A DNA stretch of 64,000 bases, taken from positions 96,001 to 160,000 of the forward strand of contig CAXXQS010000002.1 in NCBI GenBank assembly GCA_963674735.2. Reading direction: 5' to 3'. A program made the position numbers and the translations under genes. The notes below the pieces were generated by a model. That model searched no databases. It worked only from the letters and a program-made list of their open reading frames with translations, and was not told where the DNA came from. Source of the DNA: Myxococcota bacterium. Its GTDB lineage: Bacteria > Myxococcota_A > SURF-8. Position 1 is the stretch's first letter; every line of letters begins with the position of its first letter. Of this stretch, positions 48,782 to 58,098 are shown one piece after another.

Positions 48782-49507
48782 TCACCCTACGTTACGAACC
48801 AACAGGAACGCCTCGAGGATCTGCAGGGCATCACGAACCTGTCCCCGAGCGTCGTTCCGGGCCAATTCCATCAGGATGTCGCCAACCTCGGCGTCCGTAA
48901 GTTCGTACCCTTCTTTTTGGGCGATGGTTCGAAGATATCCGCTCATCTGTTCATCCGTCAGGCGCTCGGTACGAACCTGGATGCAGCGCCCTCGAAGCTG
49001 AGCGTCTACATTTCCGATGTTGGCCGTGGTCAGGATGATCGGGTTTGGCGGCTCTTTTTCGAACCGTTCGAGGAGGAAGGTTTGTAAGCCCTTATGACGG
49101 TCGATTTCGTTGATGATATAAGGCCCGTACTGGACGCTCAGGTCGTTATAGACCGTGTCGATGGCGGATGCGCTGCTGGCGAAAGTAGCCGCCGACCGAC
49201 GTTGGATGAGGGTTTTTCCAAACACACCCTGGGATGGCACATCCCAGTTCTGGCATTGCTCACATTGGCCGCAGGGTTCGTAACCGTATTGGCGGTCTCC
49301 ATAACAAACCATGCTATGGGCAGTGATGTTGGCTAAGGTGGTTTTTCCGGTTCCGGAAGGGCCGTGAAGCAGAACGATCCGAGAAGAGCGATTTGCTACG
49401 AGCCGGGTCAGGATGTTTACGGCAACCGAGTTTCCGAACACCTCATCGAAGCGCCTAGGCGTGTGCTTCTGAGGGAAGGGCAGGTTCTGATGATTCTGTA
49501 GTAACAT
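48782..49507 (-). CDS. Short DnaX (clamp loader gamma/tau)-like AAA+ ATPase
   Basis: KHTPRRFDEVFG, GPSGTGKTT, C...PCGQCEQC zinc module, IINEID, LRGRC, GQVRDALQILE; ATG 49507 after GGAGA. Confidence 0.78.
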   Translation of the reverse strand: MLLQNHQNLPFPQKHTPRRFDEVFGNSVAVNILTRLVANRSSRIVLLHGPSGTGKTTLANITAHSMVCYGDRQYGYEPCGQCEQCQNWDVPSQGVFGKTLIQRRSAATFASSASAIDTVYNDLSVQYGPYIINEIDRHKGLQTFLLERFEKEPPNPIILTTANIGNVDAQLRGRCIQVRTERLTDEQMSGYLRTIAQKEGYELTDAEVGDILMELARNDARGQVRDALQILEAFLLVRNVG

Positions 49508-49563
49508 AACATTCTCCGTTCGTTTGCGGGCCCGTGCGGTCATCGCACAGGCCCTGTTGGTGG

Positions 49564-50481
49564 TTAGGCGTTATCGCCAGCGGTATTGGCGTCAGGATTA
49601 TTGCCGATGTTCGTGAACAGGCGTTCCGTGGCGGCCTTGGACTCAGTTTTCGCCTTCTTGATCATGGCCAAAAAGATCTCCGCCTTCTGCTCGATCTGGT
49701 CCAGATCCTCTTGTGGCATGCTGGAATCCACCCCCATGTCGATGGCTTTGTCCAACCACACATGGACCTTTTTCACGGGTCGGGGTGTTTTCTTAGCCTT
49801 CGTGTAGTTCGCGGTGCGCTTCTTGACCTCTTCCGCCATGTCGCGACAGCCCAGCCCTTTTTCAATGGCTAGGTCGAGCAATTGCAACCGCGTTTGAAGG
49901 TCTTTGACCTTGATGAGCTCTTCATGAACACCCAGCGGCACCAGCTCCCGTTTGTCCTCTGGGTACTGGTCCCACGCGAAGTGGACTCGGATGAGTGTCA
50001 TCATGGATTTTTTGCAAAGGCCGACCGTCTTCAGATGGCCCATCGCACAGAACCGGTTGAACGGATGGTTTTTACCCCGCCGTTTTCTATACTTTTCCTC
50101 GCTATTGTCGAAGAACAGCTCGGCGAACAAACCACCCAAGGCCAGTTTTGATTGGAAAGTGTCATTTCCATAGGCATCAATCCCCTTTTTCGCCTTTGCG
50201 AAGGTGATGGTTTCGTCGTTCTGCCCGTCGACCTTTTGTGGGTTGGCAGGAACATCTTCTGGGCTGGAAGCTTCCGTCAAGGCATCGCCGGAAGTTTCTT
50301 TGGTTTGCGCAGGATGTTCCTGGCCTTTTTTGCCATTATCACTTGGCTTGTTCTTCTTGGACTTCACGTCCATCTTCGTCCTCCTTTCTCCTGGTACGCC
50401 AGGCATGGGAGCGCTGGGTACTTGTTCTGCCGGGATCGGTTTGTTCGGGGCTTCAGACTCAGGCATTACTGTGTGTTCCAT
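49564..50481 (-). CDS. Hypothetical protein, helical DUF1016-N/ParB-like middle region
   Basis: GGAGG RBS; disordered N-terminus; HEELIKVKD..TRLQLL..AIEKGLGCRDM pattern. Confidence 0.5.
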   Translation of the reverse strand: MEHTVMPESEAPNKPIPAEQVPSAPMPGVPGERRTKMDVKSKKNKPSDNGKKGQEHPAQTKETSGDALTEASSPEDVPANPQKVDGQNDETITFAKAKKGIDAYGNDTFQSKLALGGLFAELFFDNSEEKYRKRRGKNHPFNRFCAMGHLKTVGLCKKSMMTLIRVHFAWDQYPEDKRELVPLGVHEELIKVKDLQTRLQLLDLAIEKGLGCRDMAEEVKKRTANYTKAKKTPRPVKKVHVWLDKAIDMGVDSSMPQEDLDQIEQKAEIFLAMIKKAKTESKAATERLFTNIGNNPDANTAGDNA

Positions 50482-50497
50482 GTTTACCTCCTACGGT

Positions 50498-51151
50498 TTA
50501 GGAACGTGTTGTGTCGCCACCAATGCGGTGGTCGACGATGTTTTTTAGGTGTTTGTTGGAATCAGCCACCGTGCAGCATTTGATACCGTCGGGTATGTCC
50601 TTCTCATTGTCGGTAGGGACCAGTTGGATGCTGCCGTCGCAGATTGGACAATCGGCCCATCGACCATTGATGAATCGTTCGACGGCAACGATGTCGGACA
50701 TTGGAACCGGTTTATAGCTCGTCAGCCAGCAGTCAGGATGTGCCCCCTTTTTTATGCCGACCTTTTTCAACAACTTGAAAGAGCGCCTTGTGATGCCGCT
50801 TGTTTTTCGGAACTCCTGCATATCGATGAGAGGGTAATCCGCGCCAACTCCCAGGCGATAAAGCCCGAGTTGCCTTTCCATCTCCTGCATGGTGGCATCC
50901 CTGATAACCCCGTTCTTTTGCCGAATACCCTTCGTAGCCGTAGGTTCCCACCGATCCAACGTGGAAAACCACACAGCCGGACGTTCTTGTTCATCTGTGC
51001 GCGCCACCGCTGGAAAGATGGCCTGCAAATCCATGATGCCGAGGAGTTTTGTTCCGAGTGTGTAATGCCATGCCTTAACAGGGGTTCCGTTCTTGGCAAG
51101 TAAAGGTTGAGTACTTGTCGTTGATGTCTTCTTATTGGCGTGGGTTTTCAT
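50498..51151 (-). CDS. Hypothetical protein, possible ADP-ribosyltransferase fold
   Basis: AWHYT...LLGI...PAVWFST..WEPTA; AAAGGA RBS. Confidence 0.5.
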   Translation of the reverse strand: MKTHANKKTSTTSTQPLLAKNGTPVKAWHYTLGTKLLGIMDLQAIFPAVARTDEQERPAVWFSTLDRWEPTATKGIRQKNGVIRDATMQEMERQLGLYRLGVGADYPLIDMQEFRKTSGITRRSFKLLKKVGIKKGAHPDCWLTSYKPVPMSDIVAVERFINGRWADCPICDGSIQLVPTDNEKDIPDGIKCCTVADSNKHLKNIVDHRIGGDTTRS

Positions 51152-51166
51152 CGTTACAGTCCTTTG

Positions 51167-51445
51167 TCAGTGAGATGAATGTTCCGGTTCCACCCCACCA
51201 TTGAGGTGGTCGATACGGTTTGCTAGATGGTCGATGACGGCGATCAGTCGCTCCATGGGAGCGTTTGTTGTCCCGCCTAAAATGGATTCATCGTTCAGGT
51301 AGGCCTGAGCGGCTTGACGCAGAAGCACCGTGATGGTGATTCCGTTCTTTTCGGCAGATTCTTTCAGTTGCCGGTGTAGTTCGGGTTTCATGAAAAGCGA
51401 GATACCAACCTGTTTTTTTCCGTTTTTTGTAGTTCGTTCTTTCAT
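51167..51445 (-). CDS. Ribbon-helix-helix (CopG/Arc-like) DNA-binding protein
   Basis: ISLFMKPELHRQLKESAEKNGITITVLLRQAAQAYL. Confidence 0.75.
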   Translation of the reverse strand: MKERTTKNGKKQVGISLFMKPELHRQLKESAEKNGITITVLLRQAAQAYLNDESILGGTTNAPMERLIAVIDHLANRIDHLNGGVEPEHSSH

Positions 51446-51485
51446 CGTGCTATCCTTTCCAAAGTGACGAAGTTTCGTTCGCCGT

Positions 51486-51826
51486 ATACCCCAACAACCC
51501 AGAACTTCTCCGCACTAAGCTGAAAAAATGCTGGAAAATGCTGATTGCGGCATTTTTCCTTTTCCCGACTTGATTTCATGGTCCCAATTCCGGTTGTCAT
51601 CTTCGTTTCCTCCATCCAACGGCGAATTCTTCTCGCCGATACCCCAACAACCCAGAACTTCTCCGCACTAAGCTGAAAAAATGCTGGAAAATGCTGAATG
51701 TGGTGTTTTTCTTTCAGTCGGGTTGATTTCATGGCCCCAATCCCATTTGTCATCATCGTTTTCCTCCATCAAACGGCGAATTCTCCTCGCCATACCCCAA
51801 CAACCCAGATTCCAATGGACCTAAGC
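51486..51826 (-). repeat. 153-bp tandem repeat (2 full units plus 1 partial) carrying motif copies 3-5
   Basis: ATACCCCAACAACCCAGA at 51486, 51639 and 51792; motif at 51492-51520, 51645-51673 and 51798-51826. Confidence 0.92.
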
Positions 51827-51981
51827 CTAAAAAGCTGAATGAGGCTGCTTTTTTGGGTCGAAAATAGGCGAGGATTTACTAGTCGTGTGTTATTAGGTAC
51901 TTATAGGGTACTAATGATAGAGGTGTGGATCTAGTGGCCATGCATTGATAAAGTTCTTCGGAATGGGGCTGGAGCCGGAAA

Positions 51982-52881
51982 ATGGAGATAACCATCGATT
52001 CTACCAATGGATCCCGTGCAAACCTGCACTATGGGATGGATGCCCGGACAGCCTTGGATTCACTTGGCAGGACGAGGGTGAACTGCGTCGTAACTTCTCC
52101 TCCCTATTGGTTGCACCGGCAGTATGGGGCCGACCCACAGGAATGGGAGGATGGTTGGACTGGCGAGTTGGGCTTGGAACCCGACCCGGATCAATACGCT
52201 GCCCACATTGCCGAAGTGTTTCGTTCCGTTCGGCGGGTGTTACGAACGGACGGGGTCGCATGGATGGCTCTTTCGGACACCTTTATGTCAAACGAAACCG
52301 GATCACCATCTAAAATTAAAACCGGCATTCAGGGAAAACGCCTCTCTATTAATGATAGCTATCAAAAATCCACGGCCACCCACATTCGCCCGGCACCAAC
52401 TGATGTGGGCCTGCGATTTAAAAGCCTCGCCGGAATACCATGGCGGGTGGCGTTTGCGTTGCAGCGGGATGGATGGATTGTCCGTAATGAAATGATATGG
52501 CACAAGCCCGATTCCATGCCCAGTCGAGCCGCCGACCGATTGTTAGTCGCCCATGAAACGGTGTTTCTTATTTCGCGTTCGAGGAAGTATTACTTTAATA
52601 GGGACGCCGCCGCGAAGGAAGGTTTCCCCATCGAATTATCCAGGGACGTGTGGACGTTTAATTCTGGCCGGTCAAAAGGGCGTCATCATGCCGTTATGCC
52701 AACCAACATCGCTGAGGCAATGATTTCAATGGGATGCCCGAAAGGTGGAACAGTCCTTGACCCGTTCGCGGGGAGCGCAACCACGGGCGAGGCCACCATG
52801 CGACAGCATAGGAATTTCATCGGCATTGATTTGAATGAGGATTACCTGACGGAAGCCCGACAGCGGCTGGAACAGCTATGA
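51982..52881 (+). CDS. Orphan beta-class (N4-cytosine/N6-adenine) DNA methyltransferase
   Basis: VTSPPY precedes DPFAGSATTG. Confidence 0.9.
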   Translation: MEITIDSTNGSRANLHYGMDARTALDSLGRTRVNCVVTSPPYWLHRQYGADPQEWEDGWTGELGLEPDPDQYAAHIAEVFRSVRRVLRTDGVAWMALSDTFMSNETGSPSKIKTGIQGKRLSINDSYQKSTATHIRPAPTDVGLRFKSLAGIPWRVAFALQRDGWIVRNEMIWHKPDSMPSRAADRLLVAHETVFLISRSRKYYFNRDAAAKEGFPIELSRDVWTFNSGRSKGRHHAVMPTNIAEAMISMGCPKGGTVLDPFAGSATTGEATMRQHRNFIGIDLNEDYLTEARQRLEQL

Positions 52882-54801
52882 TCTTCTTTTAGGTTTCCTG
52901 CCCCCGCTCCTAGGCTCTTTGTGCCAACCTTTAATACGCTTCTCTGCATCTTTAAGGTAGTTGGCGTTGAGGTCGAATCCGATGTAATTCCTACGCAACT
53001 CCAAAGCGCCCCGTCCGGTCGTACCGGAACCACTGAATGGGTCCAGAACAACAGAACGACCGGAGCCATTGTTGTCCGGGCATTCACAATTAGGAGTCCA
53101 GCCTTTCATTAGCGGTGGATTTTCCTTCAGCCATTGGTCAAATTCATTACTTGAAACCCCGGTCAATCGGATCGCTTGTTCATGTAACAAACCGCCGGAA
53201 CGGAAATCCACATTCAGACCTTCACCGGCCCTTGGACGAGTGCCCTTACGTTCCACGACCCGTTTCCAAGGAGTACCGCAATGAGGGCATACCCCAAAAT
53301 CCGATGTGCTGGCCTTGATGGCCAGTTCCGGAAGTTCGGGCGGAAATACGGCAAAATGGTTGCCGGACTTGGCCCTGGTATTGATGGTCCATACCGACCG
53401 ACGATACCGTCCTACCAAAGCAGCCTTCCCGTTTCGAGAAAGCGCTTTCCTGGTTTTGTCGGAGTCAACCCATGGCTCGAGAATGGCGTACTGGTCGTAA
53501 TAGTAACCGGGTGCTTTACTCAGCAGGAACACATACTCATGGGAATGCGTCGGCCTGTCTAAAATGGATTCGGGCTGGATATTGTTCCGGTGCCACACGA
53601 CATCCGAACGGAGGTACCATCCATCAGCTTGCAATGCCAAAGCGACCCGCCATGGCATACCCATAAGATTGTATTCACGAAGGTTTTCCATACTGGCAGA
53701 GTATTCGCCAATTTCCTTTCGGCTGCGGACTATGGTCGTCGAATAGCAGTCGCCGAGGTTCAACCACACGGTGCCGTCATCACGAAGGACACGGCGGATT
53801 TCCCGAAACACATCGACAAGATGCTGAACGTATATGTCAGGACTGTATTCCTGGCCTAGATGCCCACTCCAGGCACCGCACAACCGGCACGTGGCGTTGT
53901 TTTCCTGTCGGCGGGCATTCTCGGGAGCGCCTTGTTTGTTTGTCTCGAGATATTCCCAATCATGGGGACAATCCGGATTCCCACCCCATATGACTGGCTC
54001 CGTACCAAAATCCCGTAATCCCCAATAGGGTGGCGACGTACACACGACATGAACGGATTTATCGGACAGTTCTTTCAGTGAATCCATCACGTGCTGACCG
54101 TACACGAGCTTGTAGGCAGGGTGTTCCACCCGTCGTGGTTTGTTCTTTCGGATTTTCAGTTCCGAGGTGGCCAGTCTCTTTCGATATGCCTGTAGGGCCT
54201 GATCAGCACGCATTTCCTCCTTGATGACCATGTCCAGGATTTCGGTCCGTTGCCCGTCCGGCAGACGGGATAGCTTAACAGCCTCTGGCATACTACGAAT
54301 TTGTCCGGCGGCCATAGCGTCGAACACATCCGGGGCTTTCCGTCTAACCTTGACTGCCAACCGGACGTTTTCGGCGGCGACACCGACACGTGATCCCGCC
54401 ACTTCCACAGCTTTGCCACCTTCGGCCAAATTTAGCCTAACCCCCGCTTTCCGCCTTTCGGCCGCCTTAACCTTTTCATGATCGAACAATTGAGCAGCGA
54501 CAGTGGCCCGCACAACCGTTGTCAGGTGGCGTCGGGTGACATTGAGGGAAATGACCAAGGCAAGAGCTTCGTCATCTGTGCCGTTAAATTCGCTGAAGTC
54601 CCTGGCATCCAGTTCAACACCGGCAATTTCACACGCCCTGTAACGGTTCCGACCGTCCAGTATTTTTTCCTGGTACAAGACGATTGGATGGTGGAGTCCA
54701 TTTTCACGGATGTCGTCGGCAAGGCGTTGTAGGTCTTCACCTTCAAGTAAAGGGAAGAGATTGGCGAAGGGGTGGGAAAGATGTTTGGTTGAAGTCAACA
54801 T
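52876..54801 (-). CDS. ParB-N domain fused to a beta-class DNA methyltransferase
   Basis: HPFANLFP..LADDIRENGL..ILDGRNRYRAC..NVTRRHLT; CTSPPY; DPFSGSGTTG. Confidence 0.88.
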   Translation of the reverse strand: MLTSTKHLSHPFANLFPLLEGEDLQRLADDIRENGLHHPIVLYQEKILDGRNRYRACEIAGVELDARDFSEFNGTDDEALALVISLNVTRRHLTTVVRATVAAQLFDHEKVKAAERRKAGVRLNLAEGGKAVEVAGSRVGVAAENVRLAVKVRRKAPDVFDAMAAGQIRSMPEAVKLSRLPDGQRTEILDMVIKEEMRADQALQAYRKRLATSELKIRKNKPRRVEHPAYKLVYGQHVMDSLKELSDKSVHVVCTSPPYWGLRDFGTEPVIWGGNPDCPHDWEYLETNKQGAPENARRQENNATCRLCGAWSGHLGQEYSPDIYVQHLVDVFREIRRVLRDDGTVWLNLGDCYSTTIVRSRKEIGEYSASMENLREYNLMGMPWRVALALQADGWYLRSDVVWHRNNIQPESILDRPTHSHEYVFLLSKAPGYYYDQYAILEPWVDSDKTRKALSRNGKAALVGRYRRSVWTINTRAKSGNHFAVFPPELPELAIKASTSDFGVCPHCGTPWKRVVERKGTRPRAGEGLNVDFRSGGLLHEQAIRLTGVSSNEFDQWLKENPPLMKGWTPNCECPDNNGSGRSVVLDPFSGSGTTGRGALELRRNYIGFDLNANYLKDAEKRIKGWHKEPRSGGRKPKRRS

Positions 54802-54815
54802 TTACAGTCTTGCTC

Positions 54816-55583
54816 TTAAAATGGAATATCATTGTCATCCGGCTCTTGATATTCACTGGTAAGTTGAAACTTATCTTGGTTCTGGAGAAGCCACATCGAT
54901 CCAGTATCAGTAAGACAAAGGGCATAATATTCGTTTCCGTTGTAATCAGCGGATTCTTTCTGTTCGATGAATCCTTTCATTAGGAGTGATTTTGCAGCAA
55001 GCTGTCCAGCAATACGGGTGAAGCCTGACCGTTCCATATACTCGATAAATTGGTATTGTGGGACACCTTCAGGATTAAGAAGACTTTCACCCAAATTTAT
55101 CAAGGCAGACGATTCGTGCGGAGTAAGCCCCTCTGTTACTACTGCTGGTGGCAAATTAGAAAGTTTGGCTGATTTTGTTTTTCTTTCTAACAAGGCCTTC
55201 AATCTTTGGACAATACTGTCATTCAAAGCATTAAAATCACTAGATGAATCGGACTCATATGTGATGATGTTTTTATGACGAACATCAAAAGGAAATGAAT
55301 TGGAGCATTCCGTAGAACGAACAAGGCATACTCCTTTACCCTTGGCGTAGGCATAGCCAAGTTCATACCAAACATTTGGGTTGTCTTCGCTTATTTCAGC
55401 AAAACACACGTCCGATTCAGAAATATTCTTTTCAATTGTTTCTATCGGAATGTCAGCTGTTGGGTCTTGATCGACCCGATAAGCCTCCAGTCCAGCACTT
55501 TCGATTGCAGGTTTGAAGATGTCGTTATATCGTTTGTCATATTTTGCACCGTCGAACGGTTGGATAACAAAACATTTCGGCAT
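54816..55583 (-). CDS. Nucleoside 2-deoxyribosyltransferase-like domain plus C-terminal winged helix
   Basis: CFVIQPF, YRVD, NPNVWYELGYA, PFDVRH; AT-rich. Confidence 0.72.
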   Translation of the reverse strand: MPKCFVIQPFDGAKYDKRYNDIFKPAIESAGLEAYRVDQDPTADIPIETIEKNISESDVCFAEISEDNPNVWYELGYAYAKGKGVCLVRSTECSNSFPFDVRHKNIITYESDSSSDFNALNDSIVQRLKALLERKTKSAKLSNLPPAVVTEGLTPHESSALINLGESLLNPEGVPQYQFIEYMERSGFTRIAGQLAAKSLLMKGFIEQKESADYNGNEYYALCLTDTGSMWLLQNQDKFQLTSEYQEPDDNDIPF

Positions 55584-55608
55584 AGTGGTTCCTTTCTGTT
55601 TTTACCCC

Positions 55609-57111
55609 TTACACCCTCTCCTCCAAATCCCCGAGAATCCCCTCGATCTGCTCCAGGGCGGCATTCAGGTCGTCGGCAATCTCCTGGGCCAGGATGTTCG
55701 GGTCGGGGAGGTTGGCCGAGTCTTCCAGGCTCTCATCCCGAAGCCAGAAGATGTCGAGGGACACCTTGTCCCGTGCCAGCAGTTCCTCGTAGGTGTAGGA
55801 CCGCCACCGGCCTTCGGGGTTCGTTTCCGACCAGGTGGCCTTTCGGGTGTTCCGGTTGTCCGGCTTGTAGAGGTCCACGAATTCGGCAAGGTCGGACCGG
55901 ACCAGCCGTCGGGTCTTCAACGTGAAATGTTTGTTCGTTCGGAAGTCGTACACCCACAGCTTCTTCGTCCAGGCCGTTTTCGATCCGGGCTTCCGGTCGA
56001 AGAAGAGGACGTTGGCCTTGACCCCCTGGGCATAGAAAATGCCGGTGGGCAGCCTCAGCAGGGTGTGAACATCACACTCCTGAAGGAGTTTCCGTCTGAC
56101 CGTCTCTCCGGCCCCGCCCTCGAACAGAACGTTATCCGGCACGACGACGGCCGCCCGTCCGTGAATCTCCAGCAGGGACTTAACGTGCTGGACGAAATTG
56201 AGCTGTTTATTGCTGGTGGTCGTCCAGAAGTCGGGCCGGTTGTAGGAGATGGTTTCGGTGCTGGATTTGCCGTCGTCGGCAATGACGGTGATGCTGCTTT
56301 TCTTGCCGAAGGGCGGGTTCGTGATGACGACCTCGTAATGATCCGACGGTTCGTCACGTAGGCTGTCTTCACCACCCTTCAAGGTCGGTTCGTATTCCCC
56401 GTTTATGGGGCCAATGCCGTGGAGGATGTAGTTCATGGCACAGAGCCGGGCCACCCCGTCCACCAGTTCCACTCCGTGCAGGGCTTCATAGGCCAGGTGC
56501 TTCTTCTGGTCCCGGTCGAGCTGGTAGGTTCCGGCCAGATAGTCATGGGCAGCCAGCAGGAAGCCTCCCGTCCCACAGGCCGGGTCGATGATTCGTTCAC
56601 CGGGGGTCGGTTTAACACAGTCCACAATGGCCTGAATCAATGGACGGGGTGTAAAATACTGCCCGGCACCACCCTTCACGTCCTGGGCGTTCCGTTCAAG
56701 AAGTCCCTCGTAGGCATCCCCTTTCACATCGGCATCCATCGAGAGCCACTGCTCTTTGCCGATCAACTCCACCACCAACTGCCGCAGCTTGGCCGGATCC
56801 TGGATTTTGTTCTGGGCCTTACGGAACACCAGCCCCAGCATCCCTTTCTGTTTGCCGAGTTCGGACAGGAGCTTCCGGTAGAAGGCTTCCAGCTTGGTGC
56901 CTTCCATCTGGGGGTTGGCCAGGTCTTCCCACCGGTAGCCTTCAGGGATGGGCTGGTCTTTGCCGGTCAGCCTGGCCCGTTCATCGGCCATCTTGAGGAA
57001 CAGGAGGAAGGTCAACTGTTCGAGGTAGTCCTGATAGGAAAGGCCATCGTCTCGTAGGACGTTGCAGTAGGACCATAGTTTCTGGACGATTCGGGCTGAA
57101 TTATCGGTCAT
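55609..57111 (-). CDS. hsdM: Type I R-M methyltransferase subunit
   Basis: GQYFTPR, DPACGTGG, TNPPFG, LRLPTGIFY; start may extend to 57129. Confidence 0.95.
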   Translation of the reverse strand: MTDNSARIVQKLWSYCNVLRDDGLSYQDYLEQLTFLLFLKMADERARLTGKDQPIPEGYRWEDLANPQMEGTKLEAFYRKLLSELGKQKGMLGLVFRKAQNKIQDPAKLRQLVVELIGKEQWLSMDADVKGDAYEGLLERNAQDVKGGAGQYFTPRPLIQAIVDCVKPTPGERIIDPACGTGGFLLAAHDYLAGTYQLDRDQKKHLAYEALHGVELVDGVARLCAMNYILHGIGPINGEYEPTLKGGEDSLRDEPSDHYEVVITNPPFGKKSSITVIADDGKSSTETISYNRPDFWTTTSNKQLNFVQHVKSLLEIHGRAAVVVPDNVLFEGGAGETVRRKLLQECDVHTLLRLPTGIFYAQGVKANVLFFDRKPGSKTAWTKKLWVYDFRTNKHFTLKTRRLVRSDLAEFVDLYKPDNRNTRKATWSETNPEGRWRSYTYEELLARDKVSLDIFWLRDESLEDSANLPDPNILAQEIADDLNAALEQIEGILGDLEERV

Positions 57112-57144
57112 GTGATTTTCTGCTTTCAAGAAGAATTACAAAGA

Positions 57145-58098
57145 TCATCTGAGAGGATCCTCAACATTTGTACATGGACGTTCTCCTGACCCAATGTTGT
57201 GTACAACACACCGCATAGCGATATTATTTTCGATACTGTTATAGGTTTGCTTGAAGCCTTTCGGAAATTTAGTGTCCGGCGAATATATAATATTCTCAAA
57301 TTCAACAGACTTAAATACTGCATCTGTGAAGTTGGCACTTGAGATATTTACATCAATAAATTCGCACTCCCGGAATTGGGCACGCGTAAAATCTGCATGA
57401 CCAAAATGACCACCTTGAAATGTTGTTCTAACAATTTTAGCATTTTTATAACTTGATCCCACCGCCGAAGCTTCAATGAACTCCATGTCGGATATTTTAG
57501 CCTGATCAAAGATCGCATCGGATATCCAGCAATTTTCAAGAACTGATTTCTTCCTGCCTGAAAAAGGATGGGAAAATTGTGCACCAGCCATATCTGTTTT
57601 ATAAAATCGTCCGTGCCTAAGCGTAAGGACATCAAAAGTTGCATTTCGAAGATTTGCATTTGAAAAATCTATCGGGATTTCTGTCACAACAACTCCCAGG
57701 TTTGCTCCTTCTAAATTGATACGTGACATGTCAATTATTCTTGATTCTGTCCTGCTCAGACCTTTTTCTGTAGCATTTATTTCTTCCATTTTTATAAAAG
57801 ACTTTACGGCCAATTCGCGGATTCGAATATTGGCCTCTGGCTCACAATTTTGTATTTTGATTTTGTCGCTACAGTCACCCATATTGTATAGTTGAGACAA
57901 GATACGATTGTACGTATCTGTGTTCATGTAGTCTGCTTGCATATTTACCTGTGTCGCTTGCAATTCAACTTCTTTGTAAAATGCCTGCAATTGGTTTGAA
58001 ACAATCCTGTTCTGCCAAAGGAGTAATCCAGCTGCAATACTGGCAATAACGACAGTTAATGAAGCAAAAACAATCTGCCATTTCTCAAAATTCGTCAT
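57145..58098 (-). CDS. Membrane-anchored pentapeptide-repeat protein
   Basis: N-terminal TM helix; NLEGANL, FSNANLRNA, ADFTRAQF, ANFTDAVF repeats; AT-rich. Confidence 0.8.
   Translation of the reverse strand: MTNFEKWQIVFASLTVVIASIAAGLLLWQNRIVSNQLQAFYKEVELQATQVNMQADYMNTDTYNRILSQLYNMGDCSDKIKIQNCEPEANIRIRELAVKSFIKMEEINATEKGLSRTESRIIDMSRINLEGANLGVVVTEIPIDFSNANLRNATFDVLTLRHGRFYKTDMAGAQFSHPFSGRKKSVLENCWISDAIFDQAKISDMEFIEASAVGSSYKNAKIVRTTFQGGHFGHADFTRAQFRECEFIDVNISSANFTDAVFKSVEFENIIYSPDTKFPKGFKQTYNSIENNIAMRCVVHNIGSGERPCTNVEDPLR

Noticed and set aside
51442-51756. 104-aa ORF spanning the tandem repeats
   Set aside because: Probably a by-product of a repeat length divisible by three; the conserved part is the DNA motif also found elsewhere
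51486-51826. Possible CRISPR array near the Cas11-like gene
   Set aside because: 153-bp period with homologous rather than unique intervening sequence
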